Origin: Tolypothrix carrinoi HA7290-LM1
GTDB lineage: Bacteria > Cyanobacteriota > Cyanobacteriia > Cyanobacteriales > Nostocaceae
Assembly: GCA_019358935.1 (NCBI GenBank)
Contig: JAHHIK010000083.1
Span: 1-38,433, forward strand
Reading direction: 5' to 3'
DNA length: 38,433 nucleotides
Part shown: positions 9,593 to 18,905 of the stretch, in pieces
Numbering within the stretch: position 1 is the stretch's first letter
How the letters are laid out: each line of letters begins with the position of its first letter
The notes under the pieces: model-generated
Database searches by the model: none
The model's input: the letters and a program-made list of their open reading frames with translations, nothing else
Told to the model about the DNA's origin: nothing
Position numbers and translations under genes: made by a program

Positions 9593-12409
9593 TCACTCGA
9601 TAAAAGGTTTAATTAAATTAGCGATCGCTTCATCATCAAATTCATCAGCTAACTTTAATACAGAGTTAGCAAAAGCTGTATATTTAGAGTCTAGCTGCTT
9701 AATTCGGTTAGCTTCCTCTGCAATTCGCAAAACATAACCACCTTTAGCAGCTTGATACAAATTGGTAAGTTCTTGGCTTGGGGGGATAACCATTTCATCG
9801 ACTTCAGTAAAAGTGTTTTGAGTTTCCGTAACTAATTCTGAGTTATCCTTAGTTTCATAAATCCATTCCAACTTTAAATAAAGCTGTAATTGCTCAAGTA
9901 ATTCGATTGCTTGCACAGGTTTAGGAATAAAATCATTACAGCCGACTTCTCTACTTTTTTGGCGATCGAAGCTGAACACACTAGCAGAAGAAGCAATAAT
10001 TAGCGCATTTTTAAATTCCGCTAGATTCCGCAAACATTGAGTCATCTCAAAGCCATTCATCACAGGCATCGATAAGTCAGTAATAATTAGATCGGGCTGA
10101 TATTCTCTAACTTTTTCTAAACCATCTTGTCCATTATTTGCTTCAATCAAGTCAAAACCAATTGGCTCTAGCAAATTCACAATAACAGCACGATTTTCCC
10201 AGCGATCGTCAACAATCAAAATTTTTCGTCTTTCACCTTGATAACCAATTACATTTTGCTCAGTATTGGTCTTTTCTAACTTCATCAAATCTGTTGCTTC
10301 TATTACATCTAAATCAAACCAAAATTTACTACCTTTTCCATAAGTACTTTCAACATAAATTTGACTGCCCATCATTTCCACAATTTTGCGACTAATTGCC
10401 AATCCTAAACCAGTTCCTTCTACTTTGTGTGCGCTATCTCCCACCTGTTCAAAAGGCAAAAAGATTTTATCTAACTGTTCCGCTGTCATTCCCACACCTG
10501 TGTCTTCAACTTGAAAGCGAATTTTTGTGATTGGGAATTGCTCTTTCCCATTACCCTCCGGGTTCGCAGTTCCTTCAAGTCGGCAGAGCCGCCCAACGGA
10601 CTGCTCACCAATTACTGATGACCCACTATCATTTACCCCTACTTTAAAACTTACACTACCTTTATCAGTAAATTTGATAGCATTACCTAACAAATTGATT
10701 AACACTTGACGCAGACGTTTTTCATCAGCATGAATAGCTGTAGGTAAATGATTGAGTGCCTCATAATCGAAGCCAATTTCTTTTTGTTCTGCCTTAATGC
10801 TACATATTTCTCGAACTCCCAATAAAAAGTTATTCAAATAAAAATCTGTGGGATATAGTTCTAACTTTTGTGCTTCGATTTTAGAAATATCTAAAACATC
10901 ATTAATCAACGTCAACAAATGCCAACCACACTGATAGATAATGCTGATTCCATCCTGTTGTTTAGAACTAGCACTTTTATCTCGTTGCAGAATTTGAGCA
11001 TAGCCGAGAATACCGTTGAGAGGAGTTCGCAATTCATGGCTCATATTTGCCAAAAAATCGCTTTTTGCATGGTTGGCAGCTTCGGCTTGTTCTTTAGCTA
11101 AATTCAATTCTTTTGTGCGTTCTGTAACTCGATTTTCTAGTTCCATGAAAGACTCTTGTAGTTGTTCTGCCATTGCGTTAAAAGACTGTGCCAAAACACT
11201 AATTTCTCTTACCCCGACAATTTCCATAGACAAGTCTAAGTTTCCCGCAGCAATTTGCTCAGATGCTTGAATTAATCGGAAAATCGGTTTCGCAATCCAG
11301 CGAGAGGTAATAACACCTAGCAACGTAGCCAACAATAAAGCTAATACACAAAGCAAAATAGTAGTGCGGGTATTAACGTTAATTTGCCCCATGAAATCAG
11401 ATTCTGGTACTGTCACAACAATCAGCCAATCTAGACCATATTTGTCTTTCCAAGGCGTAATTTGAGCAAATTGGCGCTGTCCGTTGAGGGTAAATTCCAA
11501 GTGTTGGCTGGCTTTGATTTTGTTTAAATTGCCAAAGTGTTTGTTTAAATGCTGTGCTGTGGCTCGAATTAAAATATCTTTACTGTCTGTGGCTTTGAGG
11601 CGTTTTGCCTCTTTATTTACCATTTTGTATGGCGACTCAGTAGCGGAACTTGCGACTATCAGCCCGTCACGCTCTAAAATAAAAGTCTTGCCATTTCGAC
11701 TAATTTTTAATTGGCGCAAGAAATTACTAATTTGCGAAAGCCGCAGATCAACCCATAAGATTGCTTGGAGGGTGTGGGTTTCGTTATATACAGGATAAGT
11801 AGCAGAGATTGCTAATATGTCAGGGAAGCCATCCCAAGGATAAACGCTACTCCAAGCGGGCTTGCCTGCTTTAATCGCATCTTGGGATGAAGTGTCTTTT
11901 AGAACATCATAGTCATAGACATCTATCAGTTTAGTACGATTTCCCTGGCTATCTGTGGCGTAGGTGTAGCCTTTAGTCGTGGAGTAGGGGGAAGGTTGAT
12001 CGATCGTGACATTGTGGAAGTCTTTGAAATATCCAGCCGCTGCATATTCCCCATTTGGTAGGGTGTGACCGATGTACCCCACATCAAACACTTGCATTTG
12101 TTTCCAGAAGTAATGCCCCATACCTTTTAAATCTCGCAGGTTAAGCAAACCTAACTTGACGTTATTTACATTAAGTTGATTAATTTGATGCGGAGTAGCT
12201 AAGTAACTATCTAGGTGCTGATCGATACGGGCACTGACCTCGGTTTGCAATTGAGTCGCCAAATCATTAATCGCTTTTTGTCCGTTGCGTAGAGAGAAAT
12301 AACCCACAAGTCCCACCGCTGCAAAGATTTGCAAAACAAACGGAACCACCAGAACAAGGCGTAATGGTACTTTCTGGGCAAGCTGGGTGCGGGTGGCGAT
12401 ACTTTTCAT
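9593..12409 (-). CDS. Membrane hybrid sensor histidine kinase (Cache-like periplasmic domain, HAMP, HisKA, HATPase, receiver)
   Basis: Two TM helices, HAMP ([14 protein letters not shown]), [30 protein letters not shown] and a receiver domain (ILIVDD, ITDLSMP, KP). Confidence 0.95.
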   Translation of the reverse strand: MKSIATRTQLAQKVPLRLVLVVPFVLQIFAAVGLVGYFSLRNGQKAINDLATQLQTEVSARIDQHLDSYLATPHQINQLNVNNVKLGLLNLRDLKGMGHYFWKQMQVFDVGYIGHTLPNGEYAAAGYFKDFHNVTIDQPSPYSTTKGYTYATDSQGNRTKLIDVYDYDVLKDTSSQDAIKAGKPAWSSVYPWDGFPDILAISATYPVYNETHTLQAILWVDLRLSQISNFLRQLKISRNGKTFILERDGLIVASSATESPYKMVNKEAKRLKATDSKDILIRATAQHLNKHFGNLNKIKASQHLEFTLNGQRQFAQITPWKDKYGLDWLIVVTVPESDFMGQINVNTRTTILLCVLALLLATLLGVITSRWIAKPIFRLIQASEQIAAGNLDLSMEIVGVREISVLAQSFNAMAEQLQESFMELENRVTERTKELNLAKEQAEAANHAKSDFLANMSHELRTPLNGILGYAQILQRDKSASSKQQDGISIIYQCGWHLLTLINDVLDISKIEAQKLELYPTDFYLNNFLLGVREICSIKAEQKEIGFDYEALNHLPTAIHADEKRLRQVLINLLGNAIKFTDKGSVSFKVGVNDSGSSVIGEQSVGRLCRLEGTANPEGNGKEQFPITKIRFQVEDTGVGMTAEQLDKIFLPFEQVGDSAHKVEGTGLGLAISRKIVEMMGSQIYVESTYGKGSKFWFDLDVIEATDLMKLEKTNTEQNVIGYQGERRKILIVDDRWENRAVIVNLLEPIGFDLIEANNGQDGLEKVREYQPDLIITDLSMPVMNGFEMTQCLRNLAEFKNALIIASSASVFSFDRQKSREVGCNDFIPKPVQAIELLEQLQLYLKLEWIYETKDNSELVTETQNTFTEVDEMVIPPSQELTNLYQAAKGGYVLRIAEEANRIKQLDSKYTAFANSVLKLADEFDDEAIANLIKPFIE
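10554..10609. repeat. Small structured dispersed repeat inserted in frame in the kinase ATPase domain
   Basis: ccctccgggttc-gcagt...tcaagtcggcagagccg...actgc-tcacc within degenerate heptamer flanks; part of a roughly 35-aa loop between the N box and the G1 box. Confidence 0.65.
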
Positions 12410-12533
12410 TTAATCAGTTGGCGTAAAATAAAGTCCCTACCAAAAGCATCGTCTTTAAACGACGATGTTTTGGCGCTGTTTACCTATATAATTCCCAAAC
12501 TGGATTTGAAAATTTCAATATCTAACATTGAAA

Positions 12534-12691
12534 ATGGGGAATGGGGTAATGGGTAATGGGTAATGGGGAATGGGGAATGGGTAATGGGGAATGGGTAAAA
12601 GAAAGAAGAAATATTTCTCCCCCTGCCCCCCTGCCTCCCCTGCCCCCCCTGCCCCCCCTGCCCCCCTGTCCCCTTTCCCTTTTCCCCTCCT
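12534..12691. repeat. Composite STRR block in the divergent promoter region between the kinase and the sigma-like gene
   Basis: About nine GGGGAAT/GGGTAAT heptamers, an A-rich spacer, then CCCCCCTGC-type nonamers. Confidence 0.9.
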
Positions 12692-12794
12692 CAAAAGTGC
12701 ATAATTAACCTCAGGTGATTCCCATCAATAAAGTAGAACCACAGCAGACACTTCTTTTATGAACACTCGTTGACAACTAGCAAGAGGAAACTTC

Positions 12795-14366
12795 ATGAAA
12801 AAACGTGAAGACATCGTGGAAAAGTTCTCGACGTTTCTGAGCTTTGGAAACGCCAATATTGCTAGAAACTTGATTTGGCACACAGATCCAGAACTAGAAC
12901 GTTATATAAAACGTTTAGTCAAGTCTGAACCAGAAGCTAATAAGGAATTTTGGGCACGATATTTTTTGAAAATTTTAACAGAGGTATCACATTCGCAAAG
13001 TAGAGAAGTAGAGAATAAAAAAGATACACGAACACAAATTCAAGCCAACGCAGGCAAATCTTCTGTTCCATCTTCTTCAATAGCGGGAAGACACTTATCA
13101 GCTTACTTACAAGAAGCTTGTTTGTGGGCTTCTCAAAAAAGTTATCAAAGGTTTAAGTTTCTCCGGCACAAATACCCATTAGAAGAATATTTTCAGATAG
13201 CTAATTCAGCTGCAAATCCTCCAGCTAAACTTTTCAAAAATTTTAATTTAGAACATCCGCAAACCAATATAGAAGGTTATGCTAAAACTGCATTAGTACG
13301 TTTTGTCAGCAATACAATTTATCGACAAGATATAGAGGCAAAAAGAGATAAATTTTCTGATTATGGTTTGTTAAAACATTTAACTAATAAAGAATTGCGA
13401 GAAGCTTTAACTTCCCAAGGGATAAACAATAACCAAATTTTATCATACTGCTTAGTTTGGCAATGCTTAGATGAAATTTATCAACCGAACCAGAGCTTAG
13501 TCAATAGGAATTTTAAATATCCAAGTGAAACACAATTAACCCAAATTACTTTTCGCTACAATCAACGGCAAAATCAACTAAATTCTTCTACAGCAACTTC
13601 AGTAGATAAAATTCAAGATATGCTGTCAACTTGCATTAAAGCTGCTCGCGATTACCGCACCAAACGTTTTTTACCTCTAGAAGAATATGATACTATATCT
13701 GACTTGATGCCTACTCCTTGGGATACACTTTTGCAACAAGAAGCATCAGAACAAGTCCAATCTCTCATCTGGCAGTTATTTTCAAATATGCCAGAAGCCG
13801 GACAAATAATATTTCAACTTTTGCTAGGATTAAATTTAACTCAAATTGAAATAGTCGCAGTTTTAAAAAGTAAGTATCCGGAATTGCAAAAGCAATATCA
13901 AGTGGCTCGTCACTTAGCAAGATACAATAAAAATCTATTAAAAGACTTGGCTAATGAGTGGCAGAAAATTAACCCAGAAGTTTGCCTAAATGATGACAAA
14001 GATATTGAACGAATAAAAGACGCTATGGGTGAGTGCTTGCAGTCGCTCTGTCAAAACTTGTTATATTCGACTTTAGATAAAATTGAAGAACAATGCAATC
14101 ATTCAAAAAAGCTTTCAACTCTGACCAATGAAATAAATATGCTGAAACAGCCACGACTAGAACCGTTGATTGTTGACTTATCTGAGGCATCTAATATGCT
14201 TAGAGAAATAAAACAAAATTTAATAGATTGTTTCCAAGAAGAATTAGAAATTAATATGAATTTACCTAAAGCATCTCTAAAATTAGTTGAACCTAAAATA
14301 GAGATTTTGGTTGAGGAATGGATAAAAGGCAAACTTTATGTTGCTAATAAGGGTGAAGTAAGATGA
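12795..14366 (+). CDS. Cyanobacterial sigma-70-like (ECF-type) regulator
   Basis: N-terminal IVEKFSTFL and HLSAYLQEAC.W motifs, SDYGLL, and a region-4-like HTH (LGLNLTQIEIV...KQYQVARHLAR). The stop overlaps the next start (ATGA). Confidence 0.7.
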   Translation: MKKREDIVEKFSTFLSFGNANIARNLIWHTDPELERYIKRLVKSEPEANKEFWARYFLKILTEVSHSQSREVENKKDTRTQIQANAGKSSVPSSSIAGRHLSAYLQEACLWASQKSYQRFKFLRHKYPLEEYFQIANSAANPPAKLFKNFNLEHPQTNIEGYAKTALVRFVSNTIYRQDIEAKRDKFSDYGLLKHLTNKELREALTSQGINNNQILSYCLVWQCLDEIYQPNQSLVNRNFKYPSETQLTQITFRYNQRQNQLNSSTATSVDKIQDMLSTCIKAARDYRTKRFLPLEEYDTISDLMPTPWDTLLQQEASEQVQSLIWQLFSNMPEAGQIIFQLLLGLNLTQIEIVAVLKSKYPELQKQYQVARHLARYNKNLLKDLANEWQKINPEVCLNDDKDIERIKDAMGECLQSLCQNLLYSTLDKIEEQCNHSKKLSTLTNEINMLKQPRLEPLIVDLSEASNMLREIKQNLIDCFQEELEINMNLPKASLKLVEPKIEILVEEWIKGKLYVANKGEVR

Positions 14367-15586
14367 CATCTGATTTGAATGAATTAATGGTAATTTATCC
14401 AGAAAAATTATGGTTAGAAATATCAGACCAAGCACAAGAACACGCATGGCGATTATCTAAACTAAAGTCTTACTCTCATGCAACTGCTAGTTGGAATGCC
14501 TACCTTAATAATCTGTCTTTGCATATTTTTTTGGCTTGGTTGAAAGAAGACCCCGATTTGCGGGAAACTGTCAATGTTTGGCTGGATGACGAGCAATTAG
14601 CCAGCGTCTGGGAAGTTGTAAATGGCACGATGCTAACTATCGGTGATACTAAATTAGTACTAATTCCCAGTGATAAAAGTAATTTTCAAGAGTTGCGGAT
14701 TCCCCAAGAATGGGTTGATATTCCTAACTGGGCAGGTAACTATTATTTGGCTGTGCAGTTAAACTTGGAAGAACGTTGGTTTGGGGTATGGGGATACGCG
14801 ACTCATCAACAAATCAGGAAGGATGCTAAATATGATTCTTTGGATCAAACTTACTCTTTGGATGTAGAAGATTTAATTACAGATTTGAATGTGATGTGGG
14901 TAGCACGAGAAGTTTGCCCTGTTGAGAAACTAGAAGTAGAACCTTTATCGATATCAAGTACACAAGTAGAGAAATTATTAGAGCAATTAAGTAAATTCAC
15001 GTTTTATTCACCTCGCTTAGATGTACCTTTTGAAATGTGGGGAGCACTACTGGCAGTGGACGAATATCGGCAGCGTCTCTATCAACGACGGCTAGAAAAT
15101 CAAAAAAACAATCAAGTTGAATGCAGCCAATCTTTAGCAAATAATTTGAGCCAATGGTTTGAAAATATCTTTGAGGTGGGTTGGCAGTCTTTTGATGCGC
15201 TTATCAGCTCGCAACAGAAGACTTTAGCCGTTCAATTTAGAAGTGATGCGACGTTGAACGACCTGCGTGTCAAGAAAGCAAAGTTGATTGATTTGGGGAT
15301 GCAATTGGGTGGTACTGCTGTTGTGCTGCTACTGGGTTTAACATCTGAGTTGGATGAAAAAATCAGTATTCGCGTGCAACTGCATCCGGCAAATGAAGAA
15401 ATTTACTTGCCACCTTATCTCAGACTGGTTTTGCTCTCGGAATCAGGTAAAATTCTTCAGGAAGTACAATCAAGAAATCACGATCATTTGATTCAATTAA
15501 AAAAATTTAAATCTCATCCTGGAAAAAATTTTAGTATTAAGATAGCTTTTGGTGATATCAGTATTAAAGAAGACTTTGTGCTTTAA
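14363..15586 (+). CDS. DUF1822-family protein (candidate anti-sigma partner)
   Basis: WNAYLN, SVWEVVNG, ELRIPQEWVDIPNWAGNYYLAVQ, VWGYATH, NLSQWF...GWQ and AKLIDLG motifs. Confidence 0.85.
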   Translation: MTSDLNELMVIYPEKLWLEISDQAQEHAWRLSKLKSYSHATASWNAYLNNLSLHIFLAWLKEDPDLRETVNVWLDDEQLASVWEVVNGTMLTIGDTKLVLIPSDKSNFQELRIPQEWVDIPNWAGNYYLAVQLNLEERWFGVWGYATHQQIRKDAKYDSLDQTYSLDVEDLITDLNVMWVAREVCPVEKLEVEPLSISSTQVEKLLEQLSKFTFYSPRLDVPFEMWGALLAVDEYRQRLYQRRLENQKNNQVECSQSLANNLSQWFENIFEVGWQSFDALISSQQKTLAVQFRSDATLNDLRVKKAKLIDLGMQLGGTAVVLLLGLTSELDEKISIRVQLHPANEEIYLPPYLRLVLLSESGKILQEVQSRNHDHLIQLKKFKSHPGKNFSIKIAFGDISIKEDFVL

Positions 15587-15606
15587 CCGCTGGTTAACTT
15601 CCAAGC

Positions 15607-17946
15607 ATGAGTAAATTAGTTGTATTAAATTTGGGAAGAGGTGACTTAAAGCGGGGCTTTCCCTCGGTGACAGTTCAGCTATGGGAAGAAGGCAATCCCA
15701 TTGCCATGCAATTTACAGGCAGCTTACCACCGGCATCGTCGCTTTGGCAACTCTACAGGCGTTGGCAGTTACTTTATCAGTTGCTCTATGAAGCACTTTA
15801 TCCTAGTTTGGGTTGGCGGAGATACCTAGATAAAGAAGATGAAGAAATCGAAATAGACGAAGACGACGTAACCAATATTTCCTCGGTGGATTTTATTAAT
15901 TTATGTGATGATTTATCTCAGGGAATCAATACTTGGCTGAAGTCCGAGGCATTTCGCAATATTGACCAAAAATTACGCACAACATTAGCTCCTGATGAGG
16001 AAATTCGGGTAATTTTGGCAACAGAAGACGAAGAAGTAAAACGGCTTCCTTGGCATCTGTGGGATTTCTTTGAAGATTACCAATCAAGTATTGTCGGCAT
16101 CAGTGCTGCGGAGATTGAACGAGTTAAGCCATTACCTAAAAGTCCAAGGGATAAGTTAAGAATTTTAGCGATTATTGGCAATAGTGAAGGAATTGATGTC
16201 CAAAAAGATAGAGCAATTTTAGAACAATTACCAGGCGCGGAAACAGTTTTTCTGGTAGAGCCACAACGACAAGAGTTAGATAAATGGCTGTGGGATAAAC
16301 AGGGTTGGGATATTCTCTTTTTTGCCGGACATGGTTCAACTCAAACTGATGGAGAAACCGGGCGAATTCATATTAATAAAACTGATTGTCTGACGGTTCC
16401 TCAATTGAAAAATGCGCTGAAAGCAGCGATCGCTCGCGGGTTGCGTTTAGCTATTTTTAACTCCTGCGATGGGCTTTCCTTGGCGCGTCCGTTAGCTTCT
16501 TTGCAGATTCCGCAAATGATTGTCATGCGCGAACCTGTGCCGGATTTAGTCGCACAAGAATTTTTGAAGCATTTTCTCGCGGCATTTGCTGATGGTGAGT
16601 CTTTTTATTTGGCGGTGCGAGAAGCACAAGATAGGTTGCAAGGTTTAGAAAATGAGTTTCCCTGTGCTAGTTGGTTGCCTGTGATGTGTCAAAATCCATC
16701 TGAAGCACCGCTAGTTTGGCAAAAACCGATTGTTGCTCCTAAGCGCAAATCCTCACCAAATCGTCGTATTCTACGGATCGCTTTTCAAGTCAGCTTGCTC
16801 GTCACCGCTTTGATAATAGGAATGCGCGAGCTTGGGATTTTACAGTCGTCAGAACTGAAATCTTTCGATTATGTCATGCGATCGCGTCCTTATGAAGCAC
16901 AAGATCAACGCATTTTAGTGGTTGGCATCACCGAAGCTGATGTTCGCGATCAAAGCGCCAAAGAAAGAGGTGGAGCTTCATTATCAGACAAAACTTTGGC
17001 ACTCGTTGTGAGAAAATTAGAACAGTTTCAACCGCGAGCGATCGGCTTGGATATTTATCGCGAGAATCCAGTCAGCACAGATTATGCTTCTTTAGCCAAG
17101 ACAATGCAAAATAGCGATCGCTTTTTCGCAATCTGCAAAACCAGTGAAGATGACAAAAACCCTGGTATCCCCCCACCTCCAGAAGTGAGCGTGCAACGCC
17201 AAGGCTTTAGTGATGTTTTGACCGATCCCGACGGCGTTATCCGCCGACAATTATTGGCGATGGCACCGGCGCTTCCTTGTTTAACCGACAAATCCTTCAG
17301 CTTTCGTTTAGCTAGCCGTTACTTGGCTGATTTTGGCATTATACCACAACTTAATTCCGAAAAAAACTTTCAGTTTGGCAATGTCGTCTTCAAAAACTTA
17401 GAGTCAAACAGCGGGGGTTATCATGGAATCGATAATTTAGGTCATCAAGTACTGCTCAAGTGGCGTTCCTCACCTGCGATCGCTCCACAAGTTACACTTA
17501 AACAAGTTCTACTCAATCAACTTACGCCAGATTTAGTGCGCGATCGCATTGTCATCATTGGTACCACAGCTGAAAGTTATCATGACTATTGGTCTACTCC
17601 CTACAGTGCCCAAAAAATGCCCTACCAACCGATGTCAGGGATAGTCGTTCAAGCGCATATGATAAGTCAGATTCTCAGTGCTGTGTTGGATCGCAGACCA
17701 TTATTATCAGTCTTGCCAAAATGGTGTGAAGTTATGTGGATCTGGTGCTGGTCTATTGGCGGAGGTATGATTGCTTGGTACTTCCGCTCACCATTACACT
17801 TAGGAATAGCGAGCAACACCGGTCTGGCTATATTATATGGAGTTTGCCTTTATATATTAATACAAGGGGTATGGATACCGCTTGTTCCCTCAGCCTTGGT
17901 TTTCTTAGCTTGTGGTGTAATTGTCGCAGTATACACTAAGGACTAG
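15607..17946 (+). CDS. CHAT (caspase-like protease)-TM-CHASE2-3TM membrane protein
   Basis: RLPWHLW, FFAGH and IFNSCDG (His/Cys dyad); TM near aa 390-410; CHASE2 motifs (RILVVGITEAD, PRAIGLDIYR, DPDGVIRRQLL, IVIIGTTA, GIVVQAHMISQI); three C-terminal hydrophobic helices. Confidence 0.92.
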   Translation: MSKLVVLNLGRGDLKRGFPSVTVQLWEEGNPIAMQFTGSLPPASSLWQLYRRWQLLYQLLYEALYPSLGWRRYLDKEDEEIEIDEDDVTNISSVDFINLCDDLSQGINTWLKSEAFRNIDQKLRTTLAPDEEIRVILATEDEEVKRLPWHLWDFFEDYQSSIVGISAAEIERVKPLPKSPRDKLRILAIIGNSEGIDVQKDRAILEQLPGAETVFLVEPQRQELDKWLWDKQGWDILFFAGHGSTQTDGETGRIHINKTDCLTVPQLKNALKAAIARGLRLAIFNSCDGLSLARPLASLQIPQMIVMREPVPDLVAQEFLKHFLAAFADGESFYLAVREAQDRLQGLENEFPCASWLPVMCQNPSEAPLVWQKPIVAPKRKSSPNRRILRIAFQVSLLVTALIIGMRELGILQSSELKSFDYVMRSRPYEAQDQRILVVGITEADVRDQSAKERGGASLSDKTLALVVRKLEQFQPRAIGLDIYRENPVSTDYASLAKTMQNSDRFFAICKTSEDDKNPGIPPPPEVSVQRQGFSDVLTDPDGVIRRQLLAMAPALPCLTDKSFSFRLASRYLADFGIIPQLNSEKNFQFGNVVFKNLESNSGGYHGIDNLGHQVLLKWRSSPAIAPQVTLKQVLLNQLTPDLVRDRIVIIGTTAESYHDYWSTPYSAQKMPYQPMSGIVVQAHMISQILSAVLDRRPLLSVLPKWCEVMWIWCWSIGGGMIAWYFRSPLHLGIASNTGLAILYGVCLYILIQGVWIPLVPSALVFLACGVIVAVYTKD

Positions 17947-18000
17947 GGACGCTTGGACGCTTGGAAGAGAGATTTTCATACTTTAGGTGACTAATGACTA

Positions 18001-18744
18001 ATGAGAAAATCAATCATTGCATTTACCATTACTTTTACATCGCTGTGCATTAGCTACATGATGCCAGTCATGGCATATTTCGATTCATCTAATATACAAA
18101 TTCGTTTTAATCAAAAAGAAGCAGATGGATCGAGTCGAGGCAGACCTTCCAGAAGGGTAGGAACGGGAAGTCGGGGAGAATGTCCACCTGTGCAAGTGCC
18201 AGTTACTGCCTTAATACCCGCTAAAAATCCCGGTTTAACGGTTGAGGAACATCCTACGTTTTGGTTTTTTGTCCCTTATCAGTTTAATAATACATCCGGG
18301 GGAGAGTTTGCCTTGCAGGATGAAGCAAACAATGATGTTTACCGAACTTCTTTTAAGCTGCCGGAAACAGCAGGGATAGTTAGCCTCAGCGTACCATCCA
18401 CAGTAAGCTTAGAACTAAACAAAAGCTATCAATGGTACTTTAAAATTTACTGTAGTCGGCAAAATTTATCTAACCCAGTATTTGTGCGTGGATGGGTGGA
18501 AAGAGAAGCGCTCAAACCAGATTTAAAGAAACTTTTGCAAGCAGCTAACGATAAGCGATCGCGCATTGCTATTTATGCTGAAAATGGTATTTGGTATTCA
18601 GCTTTGACCGAGTTAGCTAAACTTCATTTTGCGGAACCTAAAAATACCGTCTTTATTAATGATTGGGCTAATTTGTTGCGAGATGTTGGCTTGGAGAATT
18701 TAGCCCAACAACCGATTGTCGGTGAAGTGAAAAGCTACCGTTAA
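18001..18744 (+). CDS. DUF928-family secreted protein
   Basis: Signal peptide, GRPSRRVGTGSRG.C, HPTFWFFVPY, YQWYF, V.GWVER, YAENGIWY and W.NLL.DVGL motifs. Confidence 0.9.
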   Translation: MRKSIIAFTITFTSLCISYMMPVMAYFDSSNIQIRFNQKEADGSSRGRPSRRVGTGSRGECPPVQVPVTALIPAKNPGLTVEEHPTFWFFVPYQFNNTSGGEFALQDEANNDVYRTSFKLPETAGIVSLSVPSTVSLELNKSYQWYFKIYCSRQNLSNPVFVRGWVEREALKPDLKKLLQAANDKRSRIAIYAENGIWYSALTELAKLHFAEPKNTVFINDWANLLRDVGLENLAQQPIVGEVKSYR

Positions 18745-18747
18745 GTT

Positions 18748-18901
18748 AGGTAATAGGTAATAGGTAATAGGTAATGGGTAATAGGTAATAGGTAATAGGT
18801 AATGGGTAATGGTGATAATTATTTTTCCAGTCCAAGCTCAACAGCCTCTGCCCGATGCCCGATTACCCATTACCAATTACCCATTACCAATTACCCATTA
18901 T
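18748..18901. repeat. Inverted STRR heptamer tracts between convergent operons
   Basis: About nine TAATAGG/TAATGGG units, then ATTACCC/ATTACCA units. Confidence 0.9.
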
Positions 18902-18905
18902 CCAT

